Of a DNA stretch of 64,000 nt, positions 10,268 through 17,572 are shown piece after piece. Numbering within the stretch: the first letter of the stretch is position 1; every line of letters starts with the position of its first letter. The notes below the pieces were generated by a model. That model saw only the letters and a list, made by a program, of their open reading frames with translations, was not told where the DNA came from and ran no database searches. The translations under genes were made by a program, and so were the position numbers. Origin of the DNA: an uncultured Planctomycetia bacterium (GTDB taxonomy: Bacteria > Omnitrophota > Gorgyraeia > Tantalellales > Tantalellaceae); assembly GCA_964572255.1 (NCBI GenBank), contig CAZNEE010000001.1, positions 203,587-267,586 of the forward strand, written 5' to 3'.

Positions 10268-10360
10268 TTGCAGAGAAAAGTCTTCATCAGGACTTTCGGA
10301 TGTCAGATGGAAGCGTTATTGCATGTCGGTTTTACATTTCTTGGAGGGAATGTACAGTGA
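10268..10360 (+). other. miaB 5'-end-like mini-ORF A (LQRKVFIRTFGCQMEALLHVGFTFLGGNVQ*), orphan miaB start fragment or leader peptide
   Basis: TTG start lies 8 nt after a perfect AGGAGG (10255-10260) and 15 nt after the stop of the upstream gene. The peptide matches MiaB N-terminus MSKKVYLRTFGCQMN through CQM, then diverges. Confidence 0.6.
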
Positions 10361-10409
10361 TAGTTAAATGTTTAAGGGATAAAGAGTTATATAAAATAAT
10401 AATTGGGAT

Positions 10410-10421
10410 CCGTACGTAAGT
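10410..10421 (+). repeat. Conserved 12-mer CCGTACGTAAGT upstream of cassette gene (copy 1 of 3)
   Basis: The identical 12-mer recurs at 14600-14611, and the 11-mer CCGTACGTAGT recurs at 13011-13021. Each copy lies 7-45 nt before a cassette gene start codon. Confidence 0.6.
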
Positions 10422-10466
10422 GGAATTTATCAGATTTCATTCGAGCCTTTAACTGCACGTACTATT

Positions 10467-10856
10467 TTGGGAAAAGATATGAAAAGAGTTTTCGTAACTG
10501 CGATAAATTGCATTGATGGGCGGGTTCAGAAGCCTTTAACGGAATTTGCAATAAGCAAATTCGGGGTTGATTATGTCGATATGATAACCGAGCCCGGTCC
10601 GGATAAGATCTTGAGTGAGAAAAAAGACCTGAATATTATTGAATCAGTAAAAAGACGCACGTTAATTTCTGTTGAAAAACATAAATCAAAGGTCGTTATT
10701 ATTGCGGGGCATCATGATTGCGCCGCAAATCCGGTTGAAGAAAACGAGCATTATAGACAAATCAAGGAAGCCGTAAAAAATGTAAAAGAATGGAATTTAG
10801 GAGCTGATATTTACGGCATATGGGTTGATGAGAACTGGAAAGTTGTTTTACTATAA
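10467..10856 (+). CDS. Small beta-carbonic-anhydrase-like protein (Cab-type CxDxR and GHxDC motifs)
   Basis: 129 aa. Motifs CIDGRV and IAGHHDCAA match the beta-CA zinc-ligand/Asp-Arg dyad pattern. It is shorter than canonical beta-CAs, so function is uncertain. Confidence 0.55.
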   Translation: MGKDMKRVFVTAINCIDGRVQKPLTEFAISKFGVDYVDMITEPGPDKILSEKKDLNIIESVKRRTLISVEKHKSKVVIIAGHHDCAANPVEENEHYRQIKEAVKNVKEWNLGADIYGIWVDENWKVVLL

Positions 10857-10879
10857 AAATTTCTTAGAAAGGAAATAAG

Positions 10880-10915
10880 TTGCATAAAAAAGTTTACATA
10901 CGCACGTTCGGCTGA
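10880..10915 (+). other. miaB 5'-end-like mini-ORF B (LHKKVYIRTFG*)
   Basis: TTG start after AAAGGAAA, 23 nt after the stop of the previous gene. TGA stop falls at the position of the MiaB Cys codon. It is followed by the conserved TGACCGYTGGT block shared with copy C. Confidence 0.55.
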
Positions 10916-10979
10916 CCGTTGGTTACAGTGGCGCGAGATGATTATAGAATCGGTTAAAACTATAAGATGAGTGTAAGAT

Positions 10980-12827
10980 ATGTCGGAAAAAGAACTTAAA
11001 AGAGAACTGGGGTTTTGGGATATATTTTGTCTGGCCTCCGGGGCGATGATCAGTTCGGGTATATTTATACTGCCGGGACTGGCATATGGTCAGGCAGGGC
11101 CGCTGGTGTTCATATCATATTTTCTTGCCGGGGTACTGGCTTTAATGGGAACATTGAGCATTATCGAACTTTCTACAGCCATGCCCAAGGCTGGAGGCGA
11201 TTATTTCTTTATTACCAGGAGCCTGGGGCCGCTTGTAGGAACCGTATCCTCTTTTCTCAGCTGGACCGCTCTTTGCCTGAAATCAGCGTTTGCTGTGTTC
11301 GGTATAGCCGAGATTTTGTATATCACTTTCGGTTTTCCGGTACTCGTATCATCATTTTTTATCTGTTGTTTTTTTATGGCACTTAATATTCTGGGGGTAA
11401 AAGAGGCGGCAAAGTTAGAAATTATACTTGTTGCCGGATTGTTTGCCATAATGCTTTTTCTGGTAGTGGGCGGATTGGGAAGTCTTTCCGAATCCAATTT
11501 CACGCCTTTGCTCCCGAATGGTATAAACAAGGTGCTTGTTACCGCGGGATTTGTTTTTATATCCTTTGGAGGGCTTCTTAACATTGCCAGTATATCAGGA
11601 GAGGTCAAAGATCCTTCCAAAAATATTCCCAAAGGTATGATATTTTCGGTTCTTGCGGTTACAGCCATGTATTCAGCCGTACTTATAGTGGTGGTAGGTC
11701 TTTTGCCCGGGGATAAACTAGTAGGGTCTCTTACTCCGGTGGCGGACGCGGGAAGAATACTTTTTGGAAAAGCAGGTTATGCCGTAGTCTCAATAGGAGC
11801 GCTCCTGGCGTTTGTTACCACGGCTAATGCCGGGATAATGTCTGCATCCAGGTATCCTCTTGCTCTTAGTGACGACCGGCTTTTGCCGCCGGCTATAAGC
11901 ATCCTTACAAAAAAGAAAAGATCTCCCGTTGTAGCTATATCACTAACCGGGCTTTTCATCTTTATATGTTTGACTCTTGACCTCGCTACGCTTGTCAAGC
12001 TCGGATCAGTAGTTATCCTGACCCTGTATATATTGACCAATGCAGCCGTTATAATACTCAGGGAAGGAAGGGTTCAGAATTACAGGCCGTCTTTCAAAAT
12101 GCCTTTTTACCCCTGGATCAATATTGCCGGAATACTTCTTTTTGTTTTTCTTATCATGGATATGGGTTTTGTAGCTGTTGAGATGAGTATTGCGCTCTTG
12201 ATAACGGCAGTCTTGACGTATTTTCTGTATGGGAGGAAAAGGCACAATATAGAATATGCTTTGCTTCATTTAATAGAAAGAGTTATCAGTAAAAAAATAA
12301 CAGATAACACCCTTGAGGAAGAATTAAAAAGCGTTATTATTCATAGAGATGAAATGATAATAGATAGATTTCATGAGCTTGTTGAAAGTGCTACTGTTTT
12401 AGATATTAAGAAAAAAACAAAAATTGACATATTTCTTAATATGTTGGCGGAAAAGGTTTCAAATGAAATTGGTCTTGCGGATAAAGAAGTTATTGAGCTT
12501 TTCAAACAAAGAGAAGAGGAGGGATCTACTGCTATTACACCATTCGTAGCTATACCACACATAATAATCCCCGGCAAAAATAGATTCAAGTTGGTTGTAG
12601 TAAGATGTATCGAAGGGGTAGAATTTACCAGTGAAAATAATAGTGTAAAAGCTGTTTTTGTTTTATTTGGCACTAAGGACGAAAGGGCATTCCATCTGAA
12701 AGTTTTATCTTCCATAGCGCATATTGTGCAAAACCCAAAATTTGAAAAGACATGGATTAATGCCAAGGATGAAAATCAAATAAAGGATATTATTTTATTA
12801 AGCGAACGTAAAAGATTTAAAATGTAG
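10980..12827 (+). CDS. APC-family amino-acid permease fused to a C-terminal PTS EIIA(Ntr/Fru, type 2) domain
   Basis: About 12 TM helices in the N-terminal 430 aa. The C-terminal 150 aa carry the EIIA-2 signature REEEGSTAITPFVAIPH and VKAVFVLFGTKDERAFHLKVLSSIAHIV. Confidence 0.8.
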   Translation: MSEKELKRELGFWDIFCLASGAMISSGIFILPGLAYGQAGPLVFISYFLAGVLALMGTLSIIELSTAMPKAGGDYFFITRSLGPLVGTVSSFLSWTALCLKSAFAVFGIAEILYITFGFPVLVSSFFICCFFMALNILGVKEAAKLEIILVAGLFAIMLFLVVGGLGSLSESNFTPLLPNGINKVLVTAGFVFISFGGLLNIASISGEVKDPSKNIPKGMIFSVLAVTAMYSAVLIVVVGLLPGDKLVGSLTPVADAGRILFGKAGYAVVSIGALLAFVTTANAGIMSASRYPLALSDDRLLPPAISILTKKKRSPVVAISLTGLFIFICLTLDLATLVKLGSVVILTLYILTNAAVIILREGRVQNYRPSFKMPFYPWINIAGILLFVFLIMDMGFVAVEMSIALLITAVLTYFLYGRKRHNIEYALLHLIERVISKKITDNTLEEELKSVIIHRDEMIIDRFHELVESATVLDIKKKTKIDIFLNMLAEKVSNEIGLADKEVIELFKQREEEGSTAITPFVAIPHIIIPGKNRFKLVVVRCIEGVEFTSENNSVKAVFVLFGTKDERAFHLKVLSSIAHIVQNPKFEKTWINAKDENQIKDIILLSERKRFKM

Positions 12828-12868
12828 TGACGCAAAAATTCATACAACTATATAAGAGGTAATATTTT

Positions 12869-12904
12869 ATGTTAAAGAAAGTTTTCATCAGGACTTTTGG
12901 CTGA
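12869..12904 (+). other. miaB 5'-end-like mini-ORF C (MLKKVFIRTFG*)
   Basis: ATG with AAGAGGT RBS 8 nt upstream, 41 nt after the APC permease stop. TGA falls at the Cys position. It is followed by TGACCGCTGGT. Confidence 0.55.
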
Positions 12905-13033
12905 CCGCTGGTGTAAGGTATGCAGACTGATTTTGCAGACTTTAAGGGACATATATTCTTGCACTTAAGTGTTTGTGAAATATAGACATAATAAGTTAAT
13001 TAACTTAATGCCGTACGTAGTAAAAAATAGAAA

Positions 13034-14206
13034 ATGAAAAATTCTAGCAAATTTTTAATCAGCATCGCCGTGTTTTTAGGATTTTATTATCTGCCAATAG
13101 AATTATTGCCATTTCGAAATCCTATATTTGAAGCATTAGCATTAGCGAAATGGTATGCGAGAGAGCATGTGCTATTATGTTTAGTGCCGGCTTTCTTTAT
13201 AGCAGGGGCGATATCAGTTTTTATAAGTCAAGCAGCTATTATTAAGTATTTTGGCGCAAAAGCCAAGAAAATATTAGCTTATACCGTAGCTTCTGTATCA
13301 GGTAGTATTTTGGCTGTTTGTTCCTGCACAGTATTGCCACTATTTTCTGGAATTTACAAAAGAGGGGCTGGTTTAGGGCCTGCTATAGCATTCCTTTATT
13401 CAGGACCGGCTATTAACGTATTGGCTATTATTTTTACTGCTAGAGTTTTAGGATGGCAGCTTGGTTTTGCAAGAGCGGCAGGGGCTGTTATTTTTAGTAT
13501 TGTTATAGGATTTTTGATGCATCTGATATTCTTGAAAGAAGAACGGGAAAGGCATGCTCAAGGAAATTTCGCAGTGCCAGAGGAAGAGCCAAGCAGACCT
13601 TTATGGAAGAATGCTATATATTTTTCTTCTACGATAGGTATTCTTATTTTTGCCAATTGGGCAAAACCTGGCGCATCAGATTCAGGATTATGGGTAAAAA
13701 TATATCAATTCAAATGGTTTATTACAGCTATTTTTGGAATAGTATTAGCATTGGTATTGATAAGCTGGTTTAAAAAAGATGAACTAAAGAAATGGATAAC
13801 ATCAAGCTGGGAGTTTGCGCTTCAAATATTGCCCTTATTGCTTTTAGGTGTATTGGTAGCTGGATTGCTTCTTGGCAGAGTAGGTCATGAGGGGATAATT
13901 CCTTCAAGATTTGTTGAAAAATTAGTAGGCGGTAATTCATTATTCGCTAATTTCTTTGCTTCAATATTTGGAGCATTTATGTATTTTGCCACGCTTACAG
14001 AAGTACCGATCTTGAAAGGATTGATAGGCGCTGGAATGGGAAAAGGCCCTGCTTTAGCGCTTCTTTTAGCAGGCCCGGCGTTGAGTTTGCCTAATATGCT
14101 TGTTATACGAAGCGTAATAGGCATAAAAAAGACAGTTGTTTACGTAGCGCTTGTAGTTATAATGGCCGCTATAAGCGGGATCATATTCGGCATTTTAGTA
14201 AAATAA
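13034..14206 (+). CDS. COG0701/DUF318-type permease (two-repeat membrane permease with CSC motif)
   Basis: 390 aa polytopic protein. Motifs VASVSGSILAVCSCTVLPLF and LYSGPAINVLAI are typical of the YraQ/ArsP-like permease family. Confidence 0.7.
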   Translation: MKNSSKFLISIAVFLGFYYLPIELLPFRNPIFEALALAKWYAREHVLLCLVPAFFIAGAISVFISQAAIIKYFGAKAKKILAYTVASVSGSILAVCSCTVLPLFSGIYKRGAGLGPAIAFLYSGPAINVLAIIFTARVLGWQLGFARAAGAVIFSIVIGFLMHLIFLKEERERHAQGNFAVPEEEPSRPLWKNAIYFSSTIGILIFANWAKPGASDSGLWVKIYQFKWFITAIFGIVLALVLISWFKKDELKKWITSSWEFALQILPLLLLGVLVAGLLLGRVGHEGIIPSRFVEKLVGGNSLFANFFASIFGAFMYFATLTEVPILKGLIGAGMGKGPALALLLAGPALSLPNMLVIRSVIGIKKTVVYVALVVIMAAISGIIFGILVK

Positions 14207-14216
14207 GGGGAAGGTT

Positions 14217-14453
14217 ATGAAAATACAAGTTTATGGAAAAGGTTGCCCGAAATGCCACGATTTAACTCACAATGTCCAAGAAGCACTTAAAGAGATCGGT
14301 AAAGAAGATAAAGTTGAGCATGTGGCTGATATTAACAAGATAACCGAAAAAGGAATTATGCTTACGCCGGCGCTTGTTATCGATGATGAGATAGTAAGTG
14401 AAGGAAGGATTCTTTCGGTGGATGATATTAAAAAAGCTATAATGGATAAGTAA
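14217..14453 (+). CDS. Thioredoxin-fold redox-active disulfide protein 2 (CxxC)
   Basis: 78 aa with a CPKC motif near the N-terminus (MKIQVYGKGCPKCHDL). This is the small thioredoxin-like protein frequently paired with COG0701 permeases. Confidence 0.7.
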   Translation: MKIQVYGKGCPKCHDLTHNVQEALKEIGKEDKVEHVADINKITEKGIMLTPALVIDDEIVSEGRILSVDDIKKAIMDK

Positions 14454-14457
14454 AGTC

Positions 14458-14547
14458 ATGACAAAGAGAATATACATAAAAACTTTTGGTTGTCAGATGG
14501 AAGCGTTATTACATGTCAGTTTTACATTTCTTGGAGGAAGTTTATAG
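14458..14547 (+). other. miaB 5'-end-like mini-ORF D (MTKRIYIKTFGCQMEALLHVSFTFLGGSL*)
   Basis: ATG lies 4 nt after the thioredoxin-like stop. After CAGATGG the DNA is about 90% identical to copy A (10304-10350). The 5' part is divergent but protein-conserved. Confidence 0.6.
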
Positions 14548-14617
14548 TAGCAGCTAATTGCTTTTGGCTTAAAGAGTTAAGTTAACCTGAGACAGGGAAC
14601 CGTACGTAAGTATTGTT

Positions 14618-15394
14618 ATGAAATACACAAAACGACAGATTAATGATCTGAAAAAGGTAATGGGTGTTGAAAAAGAGATGATTCCGCTGCTTTCTCTTTT
14701 TAAGCCGAAAAACAGAATACTCAATCCGTGGGTAAAAAAGTTTCCCGGTATTTTTAAGAAGCTGGGGCTTAAAAAAGGAATGAGGGTGATAGATATCCCC
14801 TGCGGCCAGGGAGGAGTTTCGGTGCCTCTGGCAAAAAAGTACAAAGTGAACGTAACAGGATATGATATTTTACCGGCGTATGTCCGTTACGCGCGGGGAT
14901 ATGCAGAGGAAAAAAGAGTTTCCGATTTGTGCAGATTCGAGGTTGGGGATATCAGAGACGCGGTTAAAAGGAAAGATATATGCGATGTTCTTTTGTGGGT
15001 GGCGCCTCCTCACGTATGGGGCGGGGCAAAGCCCACCATAGGTAAGTTGAGAAATGCGGTTAAAGATGGAGGCATAATAGTTATTGCCGACGCATATCTA
15101 TATCCCGGTGTCAGACGAAAAGGAATGTATAAGAACTACGAGAATCTTAAAAATACCACTCAAGGATATTCCTCATTCGGCGATAAAATTGTAAAAGTGT
15201 ATGATTATAAAAGTTCTTTGTGGGATTTTGATTATTCAAGAACCAGAAGAGAAATCGTTAAAGGGATAAAAAGAGCAAAAACCGAAAAGGATCGAAAAAT
15301 CGTCAAAAAATATATTGCGTCAATGGATGATATTCAAAATAAAGAGACAAAAGATCTGGGCCTGGCGGTTTGGATAATAAAAATGGTTAAATGA
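14618..15394 (+). CDS. Class I SAM-dependent methyltransferase
   Basis: Motif I VIDIPCGQGGVSVPLAKKY. ATG is preceded by the 12-mer CCGTACGTAAGT at 14600-14611 instead of an SD sequence. Confidence 0.6.
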   Translation: MKYTKRQINDLKKVMGVEKEMIPLLSLFKPKNRILNPWVKKFPGIFKKLGLKKGMRVIDIPCGQGGVSVPLAKKYKVNVTGYDILPAYVRYARGYAEEKRVSDLCRFEVGDIRDAVKRKDICDVLLWVAPPHVWGGAKPTIGKLRNAVKDGGIIVIADAYLYPGVRRKGMYKNYENLKNTTQGYSSFGDKIVKVYDYKSSLWDFDYSRTRREIVKGIKRAKTEKDRKIVKKYIASMDDIQNKETKDLGLAVWIIKMVK

Positions 15395-15404
15395 AAGAGA
15401 TTGT

Positions 15405-16733
15405 ATGAGTAAGAAAGTTTATCTCAGAACTTTTGGGTGTCAGATGAACGAACGTGATTCTGAGCTTATTTCAGGCATGCTGAAAGAAAAGGGGTACAAA
15501 ATATCCGATAACGCGGAAGAAGCGGATATCATCCTTTTTAATACATGCAGCGTCCGCCAACATGCCGAAGACAGGGTGATCGGTAATATCCAAAAACTCT
15601 CTTCCCGGAAGAAAAAAGACCCGAATTTAAGGATAGGCGTCTTAGGCTGCATGGCTAAGCGTCATGGGGAAATGCTTTTCAAGGAATATCCGCAGGTTGA
15701 TATTGTCGTGGGGCCAAGCAATATTTATGACATTCCGGATCTCTTGGACAGGGTGTATGATTCTGAAGAGATTCTAGCTGTAGACAGGGAAAAGCGCCCT
15801 AAAAAGAAAGCATTAGCCGGATATCGTTCGGGAATATTTTCGGCATATGTTAACATCATGTACGGGTGTGATAATTTTTGTTCATATTGTATCGTGCCTT
15901 ACGTGAGAGGGCGCGAAACATCACGTCCTAAAAAAGACATCATCGATGAAGTCAAAGCTTTGGCCGATAATGGTTTTAAAGAAGTAACGCTTCTCGGGCA
16001 GAATGTGAATTCTTATGGCAAAGGCCTTTCGAGCAAAATATCTTTTCCGGAACTTCTGGAAGCCGTTAATCGTGTGAAAGGCATAGAACGCATTCGTTTT
16101 ACAACAAGCCATCCCAAAGATGCCGGAAAAAGCCTTTTTCGGGCGGTATCTGACCTGGACAAGGTATGCGAACACATCCATCTTCCGCTTCAATCAGGGT
16201 CCGACAAGATACTGGATCTCATGAACAGAAAATATACATATGAGGACTATAGAAAAAAGATAGAACTCTTGAGAAGCATGAATTCCGATGTAGGACTGAG
16301 TACTGATATTATAGTCGGGTTTCCTTCCGAGAAAGAAAATGATTATAAAGCTACATTTAAAGCGATGGACCAGATCGGTTTTAATTCCGCTTTTATCTTT
16401 AAATATTCGCCTCGTCCTCCCGCGCTCTCTTCATGTTTAGTGGATGATGTGAGTGAAAAAGATAAAAGAAGCCGAAATAACGAACTGCTCGAACTTCAAA
16501 AAAAGATATCACACCAAAAGAACAAAGGGATGGTCGGTACACAGCAGGAAATTTTGGTCGAGGGAAGGAGCCGCATGTCAAAAAAGGAACTTATCGGCAG
16601 GACCCGTAATTTTACGCCTTGCGTTTTTCCCGGTGGCGATAACCTTATTGGCCAGCTTGTTAAAGTGGACATAAAAGGAACAAGTCAAACCACGTTAAAA
16701 GGAGTATTAATAAGTGGAAAAGAAAATGATTGA
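15405..16733 (+). CDS. miaB: tRNA-i6A37 methylthiotransferase MiaB (radical SAM MTTase)
   Basis: N-terminal MTTase domain VYLRTFGCQMNERDSE. Radical SAM CxxxCxxC is CDNFCSYC. C-terminal TRAM domain. Start is 10 nt after the methyltransferase stop. Confidence 0.9.
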   Translation: MSKKVYLRTFGCQMNERDSELISGMLKEKGYKISDNAEEADIILFNTCSVRQHAEDRVIGNIQKLSSRKKKDPNLRIGVLGCMAKRHGEMLFKEYPQVDIVVGPSNIYDIPDLLDRVYDSEEILAVDREKRPKKKALAGYRSGIFSAYVNIMYGCDNFCSYCIVPYVRGRETSRPKKDIIDEVKALADNGFKEVTLLGQNVNSYGKGLSSKISFPELLEAVNRVKGIERIRFTTSHPKDAGKSLFRAVSDLDKVCEHIHLPLQSGSDKILDLMNRKYTYEDYRKKIELLRSMNSDVGLSTDIIVGFPSEKENDYKATFKAMDQIGFNSAFIFKYSPRPPALSSCLVDDVSEKDKRSRNNELLELQKKISHQKNKGMVGTQQEILVEGRSRMSKKELIGRTRNFTPCVFPGGDNLIGQLVKVDIKGTSQTTLKGVLISGKEND

Positions 16734-17526
16734 AGAACTGATCGGATTGATCCGCAAAGCCGGTGAAGAGGTCTTGGAAGTTTATGACGCCGGGAAAAAT
16801 ATTGGGCTTGAATATAAAGATGATAATAGCCCTCTTACCGAGGCGGATAGAAGATCTAATAATACAATAACGGAAGGTCTTAAAAATCTTACACCGGATA
16901 TTCCGGTGATCTCTGAAGAAAATAGAAGCATTCCTTATGAAGAGCGGAAAAATTGGGGAAAATTCTGGCTGGTGGATCCTTTGGACGGAACGAAAGAATT
17001 TATTAAACGCAATGGCGAATTTACGCTGAATATCGCTCTCATAGAAGAAGGGGAGCCGGTCTTCGGCATGGTCAGCATTCCCGCTAAAGGCATGATTTAC
17101 TATGGTTCTAAGGGGGAGGGAGCTTTTAGTTTGTCTTTAACTAGTGAAAAAACTGAAAAAATATCCAATAAAGACGCGGTACGGGCTGGGAAGCTGAAAG
17201 CCGTTGCTTCAAGATCACACTTATCGGAGAAAGCAAACTTATTAGTGGAAGCATTGGGGGCTGATATGGTCAATGCGGGCAGTTCGCTAAAGTTTATCCT
17301 GGTAGCAAAAGGGGAAGCGGACTTTTATCCGCGTTTTGGGCCGACGCATGAATGGGATACCGCGGCTGGGCATGCGATCGCCGAAGCCGCAGGCGCTGTT
17401 GTATGCGGTCTTGACGGCAAACCGCTTGAGTATAACAAGGAAATATTCAAACACGACGGTTTTCTTGTATGTACGCCGTCTATTAAAGATAAAGTAATCG
17501 ATTGTGTATCAGGTATTACAACTTAA
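16714..17526 (+). CDS. cysQ: 3'(2'),5'-bisphosphate nucleotidase CysQ (inositol-monophosphatase family)
   Basis: Motifs WLVDPLDGTKEF and WDTAAG. GTG 16714 has AAGGAG 10 nt upstream. The alternative start ATG 16726 gives MIEELIGLI. Confidence 0.75.
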   Translation: MEKKMIEELIGLIRKAGEEVLEVYDAGKNIGLEYKDDNSPLTEADRRSNNTITEGLKNLTPDIPVISEENRSIPYEERKNWGKFWLVDPLDGTKEFIKRNGEFTLNIALIEEGEPVFGMVSIPAKGMIYYGSKGEGAFSLSLTSEKTEKISNKDAVRAGKLKAVASRSHLSEKANLLVEALGADMVNAGSSLKFILVAKGEADFYPRFGPTHEWDTAAGHAIAEAAGAVVCGLDGKPLEYNKEIFKHDGFLVCTPSIKDKVIDCVSGITT

Positions 17527-17572
17527 AAGAACACTTGAATTGTTCTCTCAGGGACGTCAAAATTCCCCAGCG

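Noticed and set aside
10413-10421. GTACGTAAGT resembling a eukaryotic 5' splice site (GUAAGU) or group II intron boundary
   Set aside because: Bacterial context with intact flanking ORFs. There is no intron-encoded protein and no domain V/VI structure. The resemblance is coincidental
10910-10915. TGA at the position of the MiaB cluster-ligand Cys codon in mini-ORFs B and C (10913-10915 and 12902-12904). This raised the idea of a selenocysteine recoding site, since both continue P-L-V after the TGA
   Set aside because: I could not recognise a SECIS-like hairpin directly downstream. Read-through frames terminate within 5-17 codons. No selenoprotein machinery is in the window. The shared TGACCGYTGGT block is more simply a DNA-level junction sequence
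11015-11386. Alternative-frame + strand ORFs inside real genes (11015-11386, 7443-7655, 16453-16674, 27033-27221, 30195-30440, 46524-46721, 51525-51743, 23719-23949)
   Set aside because: These are out-of-frame overlaps within genes that have clear homology in the main frame. The translations are Gly/Arg-rich, low-complexity frame-shadows
10253-15400. CRISPR array or classical integron (attC/IntI) as the explanation of the repeated elements
   Set aside because: The repeats are 11-30 codon protein-coding mimics of miaB with an RBS and start codon. They are not 28-37 nt identical direct repeats with unique spacers. There is no cas gene, no intI, and no attC-like imperfect palindromes of integron type
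17504-17572. Track start of miaA at 17504 (MYQVLQLKRTLELFSQGRQNSPAS)
   Set aside because: It overlaps the cysQ 3' end. The conserved MiaA N-terminus (IIFILGPTASGKT) follows ATG 17573
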